From Octopus vulgaris (taxonomy: Eukaryota): DNA of 64,000 bases. Of this stretch, positions 49,248-62,397 are shown in pieces. The stretch spans positions 76,446,001 to 76,510,000 of the forward strand of contig OX597818.1 in assembly GCA_951406725.2 (NCBI GenBank). The letters are read 5' to 3'. Position 1 is the stretch's first letter. Every line of letters starts with the position of its first letter. The notes beneath the pieces were generated by a model. It saw nothing but the letters and a program-made list of their open reading frames with translations. It was not told where the DNA came from and did no database searches. Both the position numbers and the translations under genes were made by a program.

Positions 49248-51728
49248 TGTTGTAATGAAAGTGGTGCACTCCTTCCCACACGACAAAGTGGTATGAGAGA
49301 CAGCCACTATAAAGTCAGACAGTCAGTCACTGTAGGATGTCAGTAGTGGTAGAATTGTTGTAAGAGTTCTCAGATGGAGACCATGTCAGTTACATGATAT
49401 ATTTGAGTTCAAGTTACTGTCAAGGTAGACATTTCAAAGTCGTCTTGCAGAGCAATAGCACGGTAGACAGGTCAAAGACTATGAGCTGCAGAATACTGCC
49501 ACAACATAATAGAGACGACAAGAATATTACAGTGCCGATGACTATATACAAGTGGATGAAGATCCACATTATAACAGTGGCAAGGAGGATATAAATAATT
49601 CATGCGGACAATGTTGAAAAATAATAAAAAAATTTTTTATGAGAAAATAAACAATTCACATGGACGACTTGCAAAAATTTTTCCCGTGGAAAAATTAAAA
49701 ACTCGACAGAGGAGTAACAAACATTTTTGCTGTATATATTTTAGGAAAAAGCCGTAAAATTATGGAAAACTTGTTAGAGGGTTTAGTTGAGTTGTACAAA
49801 CAGCAACAACAACAACTCAAAGAACAAGAACAACGACAAATGTTACAGCAATAAATGCTACAATTAATGAAGTTGGTAGCAAAGCTGAAAAATACGTTTT
49901 TGCCAGACCATGTAGCAAATTCAGTAAATCAATTTAAACTGGAAGAAAGAATCACTTTCAAGGCATATTACCGAAGATTTGAACAAATTTTTGAAAAAGA
50001 AAGCTGGACGAAATGAAAAAGATTCTAATTCTGAAGAAACTGCCAACGATAGAACATGAGAAATACTGTAACTTTATATTGCCTAAAAAAGTCTCTGACA
50101 TAAATTTCATGGACACAATTGACGCTTTATGTAGGATGTTTAGTAAAAAACGTAGCAAGTGTTTGAACTCTGAGAAAAGCAATGACGAAGACTTTTTACC
50201 ACATATGCAGGTAGCGTGAACAGAGAGTGCGAGAGATTTAAACTGGATAAACTAACCCTAGACTCATTCAAGTGCCTCTTTTTTGCTCAGGGACTTACTA
50301 CTAAAAAGGATGCTGAAGTCAGAACGAAAATTTTTCAAAAACTGGAAATGAACCAGGATATAACTCTCCAGAAACTGTCAGAAGAGTGCGATGTGATGTT
50401 AAAAATAAGGCACAACACAGAAGAAATCCAGCATAGAGATAGTTTACAGATAAAAACCAATATGTCAAAGTCAGAAGACGAATAAAGTGTTTCACAAAAA
50501 AACACAAGATATACCAGGAGATAAACTCATGTATGGCATCTGGTGGTAGGCACCCAAGTAAAGAGTGTCTGTTTAAAAAAGTGAAGTGCTTTCATTGTGG
50601 GAGCACAGGACACATTAAATCACACTGCAGAACTAAGATGATGAGAAACTGGACCAAACGGGAAAAAATAGTTTGTCCTCAGAGAAAAAAGTTTGTACAA
50701 TGAACAGAGAATTCATTAAGGGGAAAATCGAAACCACTAGTGTCAAAATGCAATTAGACACATGTAGTGACATCACTATCATAAATGAAGAAACGTGGCA
50801 ACAAATCAGTAAGCCAAAATTATTTAAATCAAATAAAGTAGCATATGATGTTGCAGGAAAGAAATTATATTTCATCGGCGAATGTATTTGCAATGTTACT
50901 TTCCGAGATGAAACAGAAAGGGCAACCATTTATGTGTTGAAAAATCACAAAACCTATTCGGCACAAAATGCATGCAGTTATTTAAAATGTGGGATACTCC
51001 CATTAGTGTTCCCTATGAAAATGTAGTTGGCATGGTTAAAAGTTTGAATGAAGTCGAACAACTGAGACAAAATATTCAAAAATTGTTTCCAAATGTTTTC
51101 TTTTTGGAAGTATTAGGATGTTGCACTAAAACAAAAGTGAGGATCATAGTAAAAGAAAAGGCAACACCTGTCTTTAGGCCCAAACAGAACATGCCATGTG
51201 TAACATTGGACGAAGTCAATAAAAAGCTAGAAAGACTAGAAAGTCTAACTATAATTGAAAAAGTCTACCATTCAGACTGGGCAGCTCTGATGGTTTATGT
51301 AAAGGAAAAAGATAATAAACTAAGAGTGTGTGCAGGCTTTCCAAATGGATTAAATGACTGTTTACTCGAACACAACTATCCATTATCAAGCCCAGAAGAA
51401 GTGTTCACAATGCTAAATTCAGGAAAATTTTTCTCAAAGTTAGACCTCACAGAGGCCTATCTACACATACAGGTAGAGGAGAATTGCACACACTTTTTAA
51501 CAACCAACACACACCATGGATTGTATAAATTCAAGTGGTTTCCTTTTGGAGTAAAAGTGGCACCTGCCATAGTAATGGATGCAATGTTAAATGATTGCAA
51601 CTTCGCTATCACTTATCTTGATGATATTTTGACAAAGAGCGAGTCAGTGGAGCAACACTTCGAACATATTAAAGAAGTATTCAGAAAAATAAATGAATAC
51701 AGGTTTAGATTAACAGAAGAAAAGTGTG
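49248..51728 (+). mobile_element. Decayed Ty3/Gypsy (Mag-like) element, 5' half only
   Basis: LTR 49248-49576 (tgttgtaatg..cattataaca); PBS tggcaaggaggat (~tRNA-Ser GCU TGGCGACGAGGAT); gag knuckle CFHCGSTGHIKSHC; protease QLDTCSD; RT FSKLDL..FPFG..YLDD, truncated at EKC. Confidence 0.88.
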
Positions 51729-52097
51729 TTATTCAAATGCCAGAACTTGTATTGTACCAAAGGTACCATTCACTCCATCTAAATTCAGGATCAAGTACTA
51801 CAATAGTCTAGGATTCAAAGGCCTACAGCTCTTCAATGCCCTACCATAAAAATTAAGAAATCTGCGTAAGGTAGAAGTAGATGTCTTCAAAAAGGAACTA
51901 GACATCCTCCTCTCCACAATTCTGGATGAACCAACAGCCTGATATGAGGTACAGATGAGGGCAGCAGATTCAAACTCCCTTATACACCAAATTGGCCAAC
52001 AGCTGAGATAAAAGCACATATAGGAGTGGTGATGTGAAACACACCAAACTGAGGAAATCAGAAAGACCACACTGGTGTTCCAGCATGACCACAGTTG
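51729..52097 (+). mobile_element. CR1-like LINE 3' end
   Basis: Hand translation NSLGFKGLQLFNALP*KLRNLRKVEVDVFKKELDILLSTILDEP...RAADSNSL. The 3' UTR ends ggtgttccagcatgaccacag. Confidence 0.7.
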
Positions 52098-52099
52098 TA

Positions 52100-52397
52100 T
52101 AGCACTATTCGAGTGTGACCGATGTCAGTGCCGCCAGAATGACACCCATGGCAGTGGCATGTAAAAAGCACCATTCGAGCATAGTCAATTGCAGTGCCAC
52201 CTGACTGGCTCCCAAGCCAGTGGCATGTAAAAAGTGCCCACTACACCCTCGGAGTGGTTGGTGTTAGAAAGGGCATCCAGCTGTAGAAACCTTACCAGAT
52301 CAGATTGGAACCTGGTGCTGCCTCCCAGCTTGCAAGTCCACAGTCAAACCGTCCAACCCATGCCAGCATGGAAAGCAAATGTTAAACAATGATGATG
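52100..52397 (+). mobile_element. RTE 3' UTR/tail fragment
   Basis: gtggcatgtaaaaag repeats, ggttggtgttagaaagggcatccagc, ccatgccagcatgg and (GAT)n. Confidence 0.8.
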
Positions 52398-52445
52398 TAT
52401 GTATTTATTTACACACACACATATATATAATATTTATGTATGTAT

Positions 52446-52494
<49 letters not shown>

Positions 52495-52589
52495 TGTGTA
52501 TACACAAACATGTATATATATATGTACATTTGTGTATGTGTGTGTGAGTGAGTATAGCAAGTGCATCAGACCTTGGTGGTGAATGTAAG

Positions 52590-53700
52590 ATGCCACCCCT
52601 GAAAACCTACGTAGACAGCACTACTATCCTTGCATCAAATGAGTCAGAAACCCAGAATCTGCTCAACCAACTGGACGAGTTGATGGTGGAGTAGAATGGC
52701 TTTCAAACCCTAGAAATCTGGGGACTTCTCCCTAAGGAAAGGGAAAATGAAGGAAGATATTAGCTTTAAAGTTGGTAGCTGAAAGATTATCACTGTATTG
52801 GAGCAGCCAGTAAAAAGTCTTAGAAAATAGTATGACAAGATCCTGAAAGACACTAACCAGCCAAGACAGTAGAGGAGGGTCTACTCAAGATCAACAAGCA
52901 GCCTCTGCCTGGCAAATACAAGGTGTGGTATCTTTAGCATATGCTGGTACCAATATATCTATAGCCCCTGCTTGTATACGAAATTGCAACTTTGGCAGTG
53001 GAAGCAAAAATAAATAGCTACACAAGGAAGTGGCTTGGTGTACCCCCAAGTCTGACTGATGTTGCTGTCAACTACATGAGGGCAAAACTAAGATTACCTC
53101 TCAAGTCCTTAGTCAAAGAGTACAAGATGGGGAAAACGAGACTGCAACAAATGCTCAAAGACTTCAAAGATGGCATGGTAAGATTGGTATAACTAAGCCT
53201 ATAGACAGGAAAGAAGTGGAAAGTCATGGATGCAATTGATAATGCTTAAAAGAAACTGAAGACTAAGAGATGATGGCAAGAAGGCAAGAAGGCAAGTATT
53301 GGTTAATACCATTGTGCAGTGGTAGTCAAAAGCAACAGGCAAAGTCTAAAGGGATCTTGTGATTCAGGAGGTTAGGAGTGAAGAGGAAAGAAACAGGTAT
53401 GTAAAAGCCATTCAGCAATCTCAGCAGGGGCAATGGACAACCTGGGATGCTGCAATGTAGAAATCTCTCATATAGCACCACTTGGATTGAGTTTCATAAT
53501 AAGAGCTACTTATGACCTGCTTCCATCAAACACCAACTTTGTAAAGTGGGGCATGGGAGACATGTCAATTTGTCTCCTGTACATAGACAAACTTCAGTCA
53601 ATGGACCATGTCCTGCAAGATCACTCTCAATGATGGCAGATATGCATGGAGGCATGGATGGCTAGAGTGCTGGAAGAAATGACCACTTTAATCTGGGACC
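52590..53700 (+). mobile_element. Hero/NeSL-like RLE non-LTR retrotransposon fragment, heavily decayed
   Basis: RMAFKP.KS, LPGKYKVW, PLLVYEI, RKWLGVP, LPLKSL..EYK, RTGKKW, QQGQWT.W, SFIIRATYDLLP and Y.WRH. Confidence 0.78.
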
Positions 53701-53769
53701 TAATGCAGTGGGACACAACCAAATCATATATATGTATATATACATATGTATATACATATATATATATAT

Positions 53770-55620
53770 AATATAATATATTATAATGTGTCTTTAATGG
53801 CACAACAATGCACTATAATAACAACAATGGACTATGATAACTGTTATAATTTAATTATCCATAGTCTGATATAATAATATTTCAGAATACAAAAATTCCT
53901 TCTTCAGATATCACTAGGAATTGTTCAAATCACTGCTACAATCAGTTTTCCAACAGTTACTGAATTTTTCTTCTTTTTTTTCCAGAAGCATCTCTGCAGT
54001 GGTCTCATGAAGCTCCTTCTGGAATTCCTTATGAGAAGTGCGTGAGCGGCCATGTCTCAAGCATGTATGTGTTGGCACATTCGCAGTGCAGCTTCTAAGT
54101 TATGTATTATACATGCAGTTTCTTTTTTTTCTCTCTTTTTTTTTAATAATACATCATCCAAATGCAGCTAAATAGTATATTGATTGCAACCTCCAGCCTG
54201 TTGTTAATCTGGTCTATGCCCTAGTCTGTCTATGCGGATAGCTTCCTTAATTCTTAGGTTACCCAAATTTCTTTCATTTGCCTCAGTTGTGACTGTTATG
54301 CTTTTGTTGGTGTTCCGGCATCTGTCTAGATGTTTTGTGAAGGAGGATCTCACATTCTGATGTTTTTTTATGCTATTGTATAACGATCTTGTTGTGCTTC
54401 CCACATAGAACTTTTGTTACATTGTATTCTATACACAACATTTACCCATTGATATAAATCTGTGTCACAGATGGGGCAGTTAGCTAGTGTGCATTGATTG
54501 CTGTCCCTTGCTCATTTCTTTGCTAGGTGTCTTCTCAGAGAGGGGCCGGAGTGGGCTAGTTGTATGTCTAATCCTTCTCTTCTTATGACTCTTCGGATGG
54601 CTGTAGTTATCCTCTCGCTAAAATGGGGTATTTTAAGGAAGCATGTGTTGCTGGGTTTTCTGTGTGTTCGGCGTGCTTGTCATCTTGAGTACTTAAGCTG
54701 ATTTGCAATGGATATAGGGTACCCGTTGGTTTTCAATATCTCTAGGAAGCATGTGGTATAGTTCACCTTGTGTTCTGTCCTGCTGCACTTGCTCTGGATG
54801 TGTGCAAGTTCATTTCTGGCGTATCCTATTTTGGCACCGAGTGGAAGGGCTGAACTGTACTGAACAAACATATCTCTACTGACTGCTTTCCTGTAGAACT
54901 CAGTGTGGATCTCTCCTTCTTCCATTATTTTCAGTTGGAAGTCAAGTAGCCATAGTGATCCAGTGTTGTCGGGATGTTCTATAGTGAACCGTATGTTCAT
55001 GTCCATGTTGTTGAATGTCGTGAATATTCTGTCTGCCTCTTCACAGGAGGATGTGAGTATGAGGATGTCATCTACATACCTGGTGAAGAAGGCGCATGAA
55101 CAGCAGATGTTGAGCGCTCGACGTTCCAGATGGTTCATATAGGTGATGGCTAGTAGGTCCAAGAGACTGGATCCCATGGGGAGACCTTTTGTCTGTTTGT
55201 ATATGTGATCATTGAATGAGAAGTAGGTGTTGTCCACGATGATGGACAATAGTTGATGTATATTAGCTGCAGTGAGTCCAAAGCAGTGGTTGTCGGACAC
55301 TACTATGCAATCAGTCAATAGGCTGGCCACCAAGTGTGCTGGTACCATTGTGTACATTGAGACAATGTCAAGACTAAAGGCATATCTGTTTTGCCTGAGT
55401 CTTTTGATGACTTTGTTGGAGTTCTTGACGTGTCCAGGAAAGGTGGAGAATATGGATTTCAGGATGTGAGAAAGTAGCCAGGATATTTTATATAGAGGCC
55501 CTTCCATGCTGGAGACGATGGGCCTAATCTGGATCATGTTGCTATCTTTGTATGTTTTAATGAGGTGATAGAATCTGGGTAATCAACTGTTCTTTGTGAT
55601 GAAGTTAGTTATTGTATTTG
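53770..55620 (-). mobile_element. Penelope-like element, 5'-truncated: RT, GIY-YIG endonuclease and pLTR-like 3' region
   Basis: ORF 54680-55537: RPIVS, FSLDIVSMYT, YKQTKGLPMGS, RYVDD, FTIE, LLD, FYRK, NGYP. Endonuclease remnant YVGSTTRSL..H..LRIKEAI at 54204-54410. Hammerhead-like motif at 53867-53913. Confidence 0.88.
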
Positions 55621-55694
55621 CTCATATATATAAAAGTTAGAATTGGCCGGCTTATGGGATTACCTTTGGTTTCACATCCATAAAGCACTATATA

Positions 55695-55860
55695 TATGAC
55701 AGGTTTCTTTCAGTTTCCTTCAACTACATCCACTCACAAGGCTTTGGCCAGCCCAAGGCTACAGTCAAAGACATTTGCCCAAAGTTCTACATAGTGGGAC
55801 TGAACCCAGAACCATGTGGTTGGGAAGCTAGCTTCTTACCACACAGCTATGCTTATGCCT
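55695..55860 (-). mobile_element. SINE family A 5' half
   Basis: ttctttcagtttcc..ccactcacaaggctttgg..gtgggactgaacccagaaccatgtggttggg. Confidence 0.78.
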
Positions 55861-56235
55861 TCCCTACTTTATTACCATCAATTTCCGTAACTTTAACATT
55901 ATTCAATGTTTTTTTATCTTTTTTTTCTTTTTTGTAGATTTCTACATTCAAAAGATTGAATTTATGTAACCTACACCCTTAAAACTGTATTTCTGCAAAA
56001 TGTCATTTTAAGATATGCATTTTTTCAGAAAATTATGAGGAAATAAAGTCAGGAATATGGTAAGAATATTCTCAATCTCCTCTAAAATTAAAACAATAAT
56101 TTTTTCAATGTAATCACAATCTGCACTCTCAAAAGTCTATGCCAAATTTCAATCATTTTTTCTCTTTACTTCAGAAAGTTATGAGGTAACAAAATCAGTG
56201 ACATGATCTCCAGTCTGTAGTTATGCCTGCATATC

Positions 56236-56250
56236 TGTATGTTTGCATGC

Positions 56251-56312
<62 letters not shown>

Positions 56313-56520
56313 GTAATGTATGTATGTATGTATGTATGTATGTATGTATGTATGTATGTATGTATGCATGCATGCATGCATGTATATATGTATGTATGTA
56401 TGTATGCATGCATGCATGTATGTATGTATGTATATTTGTATATATGCATGCATGCATGTATATATGTATGTATGTATGTATGTATATAAGTATGTATGTA
56501 TGTATGCATGCATATACATG
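56236..56520. repeat. (TATG)n/(CATG)n compound microsatellite
   Basis: Direct observation. Confidence 0.95.
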
Positions 56521-56525
56521 AATAT

Positions 56526-56729
56526 TCTTTTACTTGTTTCAGTCATTTAACTGCAGCCATGCTGGAGCACCGCCTTTAGTCAAACAAACCAATCCCAAGA
56601 CTTATGCTTTGTAAGCCTAGTATTTATTCTATCGATCTCTTTGCCAAACTGATACGACATAGATACACCAACATCAGTTGTCAAGTGATTGTGGCGGGAC
56701 AAACAGAAACACACAAATACATACATACA

Positions 56730-56765
<36 letters not shown>

Positions 56766-57628
56766 TCTCTATATATATAAACGGCAGTTTGTCTGTCTGT
56801 GTGTCTGTGTGTCTGTCAGGTTGTACCCTCACCCTGACCACGGCTTTCAGCCGATTCTGATGAAACTTGAAACACACATAGCCCAATGTCATAATTCAAA
56901 ACTAACGCAGCGAAAATTTTGAAAAGTTCCCCCAGTTCTGAAAAAAATCGATAAATTCGACATGAGGTCGAGAATCTAAGCTTTTTATATGCAACACATT
57001 TTCTGTTGTAGTTTTCGCAACTTGCAATCGATTTTCACCAAACTCATGGTGAAGCTTAATGTTACCCTAAGAAACTTAATTCTGACGTTAGTTTTCCATG
57101 CAATACCTTACCATCAGAAAAAATCGATAAAATCATACCATTTTGGGAAATCGAGTTCAAATTCAAGATGACATATTTTCGACAATATCTTTCACAAATT
57201 GGCAGGAATTTTTTTTAAATTCACAGCGAGCATCATGTCTACTCCAAGGAGCTATATGGCCCTTTTTATTCCAATAGGATACTTTATTACTGGAAAAAAT
57301 CGGTTAATTAAATCATATGTGGCACACATAGCAAACCGAACTGTGTATTAAACACAAACCACAGACTGTCTAGGGGACGCAATTGGTTGGGTTGAATTAT
57401 CGATAGCTGTTTGATAGTTATTTGGGAGTGAAGAGAAGACATTGCAACCTACACATGTGCCTTCGTTCCCTAGAGGGAAAGGACTAGATTGGGATTAGTC
57501 GTTGCCTACTAGGGGCTCTTACATACCCGGGCAACGCTGGGCTATGCTGCTAGTCAATATATATATATACGACGGGCTTCTTTCAGTTTCTGTCTACCAA
57601 ATCCACTCACAAGGCTTTGGTCGGTCTG
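56526..57628 (-). mobile_element. SINE family A split by a Helitron (pieces 56526-56765 and 57554-57628)
   Basis: The 3' half ends in (CATA)n(TA)n. The sequence resumes with tatacgacgggcttctttcagtttc after the insert; the head is truncated. Confidence 0.82.
56766..57553 (+). mobile_element. Complete non-autonomous Helitron, 788 bp
   Basis: A|TCTCTATATATATAAACGG with a (GTCT)-like repeat at the 5' end; cccgggcaacgctggg hairpin (57526-57541) and CTAG|T at the 3' end. Confidence 0.82.
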
Positions 57629-57851
57629 ATCTATATTTTTTCAGAAAGTTTTGAGGTAACAAAGCCAGTATCTGTGTGTATGCATGCATGTATGTATATA
57701 TGATTATATGCATGCATATAATCATATATATATATTCATGAATATATATATATATTGATATATATATATATATATATACATGTGTGTGTGTATGTATATA
57801 TACATATCTATATGCATATATATGTGTGGATGTGGGCTTCTGTGTAGTATG

Positions 57852-57885
<34 letters not shown>

Positions 57886-58516
57886 TCCACGTGACTTTCT
57901 GTGTATTGATGTGTGTCTGGTCAACTGTTGTTTACATATGTAATCATTGCTTTCACTGTAAGATTCTATTAGACTGTTTTACTGGAAATCAATAGCTACT
58001 ACTACCACTTCTACCACTGCTGTTGCTTCTGCCACCACCATCACCACTACTACTTCTACTACAATAACAAGATACACGCCATCAACAATAACAATACAAG
58101 TTTAAGAAAATTATAGTGTCATGTAAGCAGTAATTTTCTCAGTCAAAATACAGTATTGGCCATCGATACAGAGGTGTGGATTTACTTTCTGTTGCTATTT
58201 ACTGTAGTTTTTGCTGGTGGTATTGGTGGTGGCTGTAGTGATATACTTTGTTCTTTACTTTTTTTTTTTGCAAACAGCAAGGGATATGAGCCTCTTGAGA
58301 TACCATGGCTGACAATAAGCACACTTTGGATGAGGTATGACATCTGCAGAACGAGCAAAGAGAAGGAGATGGGACCCTGGGTGATGATGACTAACAACAA
58401 TAAGGGCTAGGTTGTGGTTGGTGCTTGTGAGACTGTCTTTCCACAGCTCATCTCTTTGACCAACCCAGTGTTTTGACTCAACACCAGACTGACTGAGGTA
58501 GGGTATTTGGCACTTG

Positions 58517-58713
58517 AAAGTGGGTACTGAAAAGTTCCTGGTCTTGGGTAAAAGAAAATACAGGAGGATCAGTTAAATATGATTTTATTCAACATATTTC
58601 CCTTTCAGATTCACACGCTTATTGCAGTGGTCCTTCAGTTTTTCTAAGCCCTGTAAAAGAACTTGGAAGGTTGGTCCTCCAGATAGGCTTTTGCAATACC
58701 TTTAAAGCCTGAA
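58517..58713. mobile_element. Second copy of the mariner-type MITE at 2199-2405
   Basis: aaagaaaatacaggaggatcagttaa...ttttctaagccctgtaaaagaact is near-identical. Confidence 0.8.
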
Positions 58714-58731
58714 ACACAATACATTCACATG

Positions 58732-58773
<42 letters not shown>

Positions 58774-59045
58774 ACACATGTACACACTCATAAATATAAT
58801 TAATAATCCTTGTCTGAACACTTAGTTTATGTCATCTCACAATTTATCTCACACACAACCTATGACCTTCTAAACAGAAATAAAGAAAATATATATATAA
58901 TCTCTAATATATGTATTTACATCACTATGTTTCTGGTAAATCTTATAACTAGGCTGTTGGTTTATTTGAAACTGTACATCACACATATATATCACCACCT
59001 AAGGTCTCTGTGTGCTGATTATAATTTACTTACATAATTGGTCAT

Positions 59046-59092
<47 letters not shown>

Positions 59093-59099
59093 CCCTCTC

Positions 59100-59448
59100 T
59101 CCCACTTCCAAACTGCTACCTAAGAGGTTGAATAATATTGGAACTGAAAAATGCATTGTTGACCTACAGAAAAATGTAATCATGTATTCTGCAAGAATTT
59201 TGAAAAAGATTTTTGAGTTTTAAGGACACTGTTGTCACCAAACCACAAGAAATTTCTGCTAGCTTAATTAGTGTGTAATACCTTAATAAATATATAAATA
59301 TATAAATAAAAAAAATTAATTAATAATAATAATAATAATGAGGCTATAACCAAGGGACAAAATGTAATGATTCTTTGGGACTTTCCAGTTCATACAGACC
59401 AAACCATCAAAGCTAATAAACCAAATATTGTTGTGAAAGACCAAAACA
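59100..59448 (+). mobile_element. R4/Dong-like LINE fragments: C-terminus with (TAA)n tail, then an RLE-domain piece
   Basis: DLQKNVIMYSARILKKIFEF*, then (TAA)n at ~59320-59339, then ILWDFPVHTDQTIKANKPNIVVKD (RPD-like motif). Confidence 0.7.
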
Positions 59449-61544
59449 TTTCCAATCGCATGTAAACCATGAGTTTATCCTGCATGCAAACCCCAATTTC
59501 AGCCAAACAGAACTCATTGTTCACTTGATAAGATCCAGAGAGTTCTTTCAGTGACAATCTTAAGAACAGACACTTTAAGCATGAAAAGCCCAAGAGAATT
59601 GGGACCTTAATTGTTACCATCTTTGGCGAATTCTTCTCTCATAGCTGTTTTCATGGCTTCATACTCAAACCAGTGCAATTTTCCTAATAGCTGTTTTCAC
59701 AGCTCTATACCAACTTGGAGATGGATGAAGACTCAACACAGCTATGTTTTTGCAATGATGTGAAATATCAGCTTATTTATCAATTATCTATTAAAGACCT
59801 TCAGTATCTATAAAATATGATGTTCATATAAGACTGACTGTATTTTCATGAAACCATGTGAAAATATGCAGCAATAAATGTATATAAACTTACCTTTGTA
59901 ATAATCAACACTACAAAATTAACCTAACCTCTTAAACCCCTTGACGATCCCTATGTTGTATATGAAGCACAGTGTCATATGTAATGTTTTCTTTTGAATC
60001 ATTAGTGGCCAGAAAATCATTGATATACATGTGATATATTTGAAGTAATAATTAGATCAATAGTTGTAGTATGTATTCAAAGAATAAAGATAATAAAAAT
60101 TAAAATCAACAAATGTCTTGTATAATAACGACATTTGACACAAACAATTCTGCTTATACCCCACTTAATGATTGTTAATTGCAGAATTTGAACTCAGATT
60201 TGAATTTAGGAATCATAAAGAGATGTTAAGAAATACCTGACAATTTGACCAGTGCTATATTGTTACTGTCACACTATAACCCTCAACTAAATGATAATTA
60301 TAATGTTTAATTAAAAATAAACCCAACTACTTTTAGTAGTTCTATGTTAATACTTTCATTGTCATCATGGTTATAATTGTTCTGAGTTTCAAGTTTAAAG
60401 CCAAAAGAGAAAGAAGATCTTTCTTTGAAGATTAAATCATAATTGAACAATCGTTCTCAGCAACCCTGGAAAATTGTTGTTTCGATCACATTTAAAAGGG
60501 AACGGTAATTCATACGGTGCATTGCAAAAATCAATTTGAACATTAACGGGCTTCTTAAGATTTGCTTGAGATAATTCCCTGAGCAATAACTCGTCTAAAT
60601 GTTTGAAGGCAGTCAAATAAATGAATAGATTGGTTTCTCATTCAGTTCTGTTAGTAAAAGGAAGTTGTGTGTACAAAACCATTAACACACTCCCATTTCA
60701 ATAAACAACTGATGTAATGTTAGAAATAAATAACTTATCTATATATGTATGCATATATGTCTATGTATGTATGTATCCAATATTTGAGTGGGTTAGATGG
60801 CAATGGTTCATGTCCTGGTCAAGACATGACAATTAGTTTTCTGTGAGCTTCAATGACCAATAAATATCTATTATTTCAGGATGGCTGCAAGTAAACTGAA
60901 ATTTGTCACTGCCAACCATTTCCTTGTAAAAATGAATAGATATGGTAGTCTGCAGAAAAAAAAGTATTGAGTTATCCTTCAATTTGGTGTTCAGTTATTT
61001 TTATATATAATTTTATATAAAAAAACAAACATTAATATCTACCTCTCTATCTGTCTCTATCTATCTGTCTGTCTCTCTGTGTATGACAAAGGACTGAGAT
61101 GATTGGTGATATGCTGAGCTTGAGAAGATCTGTTTCAGCAAAATTGAGGTCCTGTCAATCCTACCCCCACAACTCATCTTCTAATACCTATCACTCGAAT
61201 TTTCTAATCATGATATTACTTCCCCAGGCACTGTAAATGATATTCACTTTTGACCACGCCTCCTTGTGCCTCATTCACTGCTTCTACCTCAATCCCAACT
61301 CTAATCAGCTGTCACACTCCTTCCACACTCTTGCAAACTTATCTACCCATCCAGCCTTTCTACTCCTCCATCCCTCTTCTCTTTCTTATATTTACTTTGT
61401 ACTTTGAGGCCCCCCACCATCTCTCTCTCTCTCTCTCTCCCTCTCCTTTTCCAACTGGGGTAATCATGTCGCTCCTTTTCAGCAAGACACCTGTCTCCAT
61501 CCCTCTATCATACTTTCAACTCCCTCATTACTATACCCACACTC

Positions 61545-61792
61545 AGTTGAGGGGATCTTGTCTTGTGAATTTCTTGGTAAGCTCACTCATGCCAATGCCA
61601 GGAAAAGCATCCCATACACTCTGTAAAGTGATTAGCATTAGGAAGAGCATCCAGCTCTAAAACCATGGCAAAGAATACTTTGGAATTCATCACAGTCTTC
61701 TGGCTTGTTGGATCCTGGTGAACTTGTCCAATCCATGCAGACATGAAAAATGGATGTTAAATGATAATGATGATTGTGATGATGATCATGAT
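61545..61792 (+). mobile_element. Old RTE-tail fragment
   Basis: gcattaggaagagcatccagc..ccatgc..gatgttaaatgataatgatgat. Confidence 0.6.
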
Positions 61793-61803
61793 ATATATAT
61801 ATA

Positions 61804-62046
61804 TAAGACAAGGTATAAATAATGGTCTTACATATTTTCCTTTATTGCAGTAAATTTGACGTACAGCTATTTCCAGTAGTCATTATAAGTTTGTAGCATT
61901 AACTTTGCAGGTCATTCAATTTTTCTCAACTAATCAATGGACCAATTGAGTAAACCTATCAATAACAACCTAGTGGAACCAGCTGTTAGTCAAATTTACT
62001 GCAGTAAAGAAAAATATGTAATGACCCTTATCTATACCTTGTCTTG
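61804..62046. mobile_element. MITE with ~65-bp TIRs and TA TSD (Tc1/mariner-type)
   Basis: aagacaaggtata..ttacatattttcctttattgcagtaaatttgac / gtcaaatttactgcagtaaagaaaaatatgtaa..tataccttgtctt. Confidence 0.8.
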
Positions 62047-62250
62047 TATATCACTCTGTGTAAAAACCAGTATAAATGGAGCACACCCACAGATTTACAA
62101 TATAGACTAGTAACGAACTATAACCTCAGACCCTACCACAAGAATACACAGAGTCCTTTACTAATGTAAATAATATTATTAGCCTGGTGCACTATCAGAG
62201 AGCTTATAAAATATTTTGCCTGGATTGATCATCTCTCACTAATAACTCTG

Positions 62251-62296
<46 letters not shown>

Positions 62297-62327
62297 CTAT
62301 CGATCTATCTTTCTATCTATCTATCTA

Positions 62328-62397
<70 letters not shown>

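Noticed and set aside
61250-61660. 136-aa ORF
   Set aside because: Pyrimidine-rich low-complexity sequence running into an RTE tail; non-ATG start and no recognisable domain.
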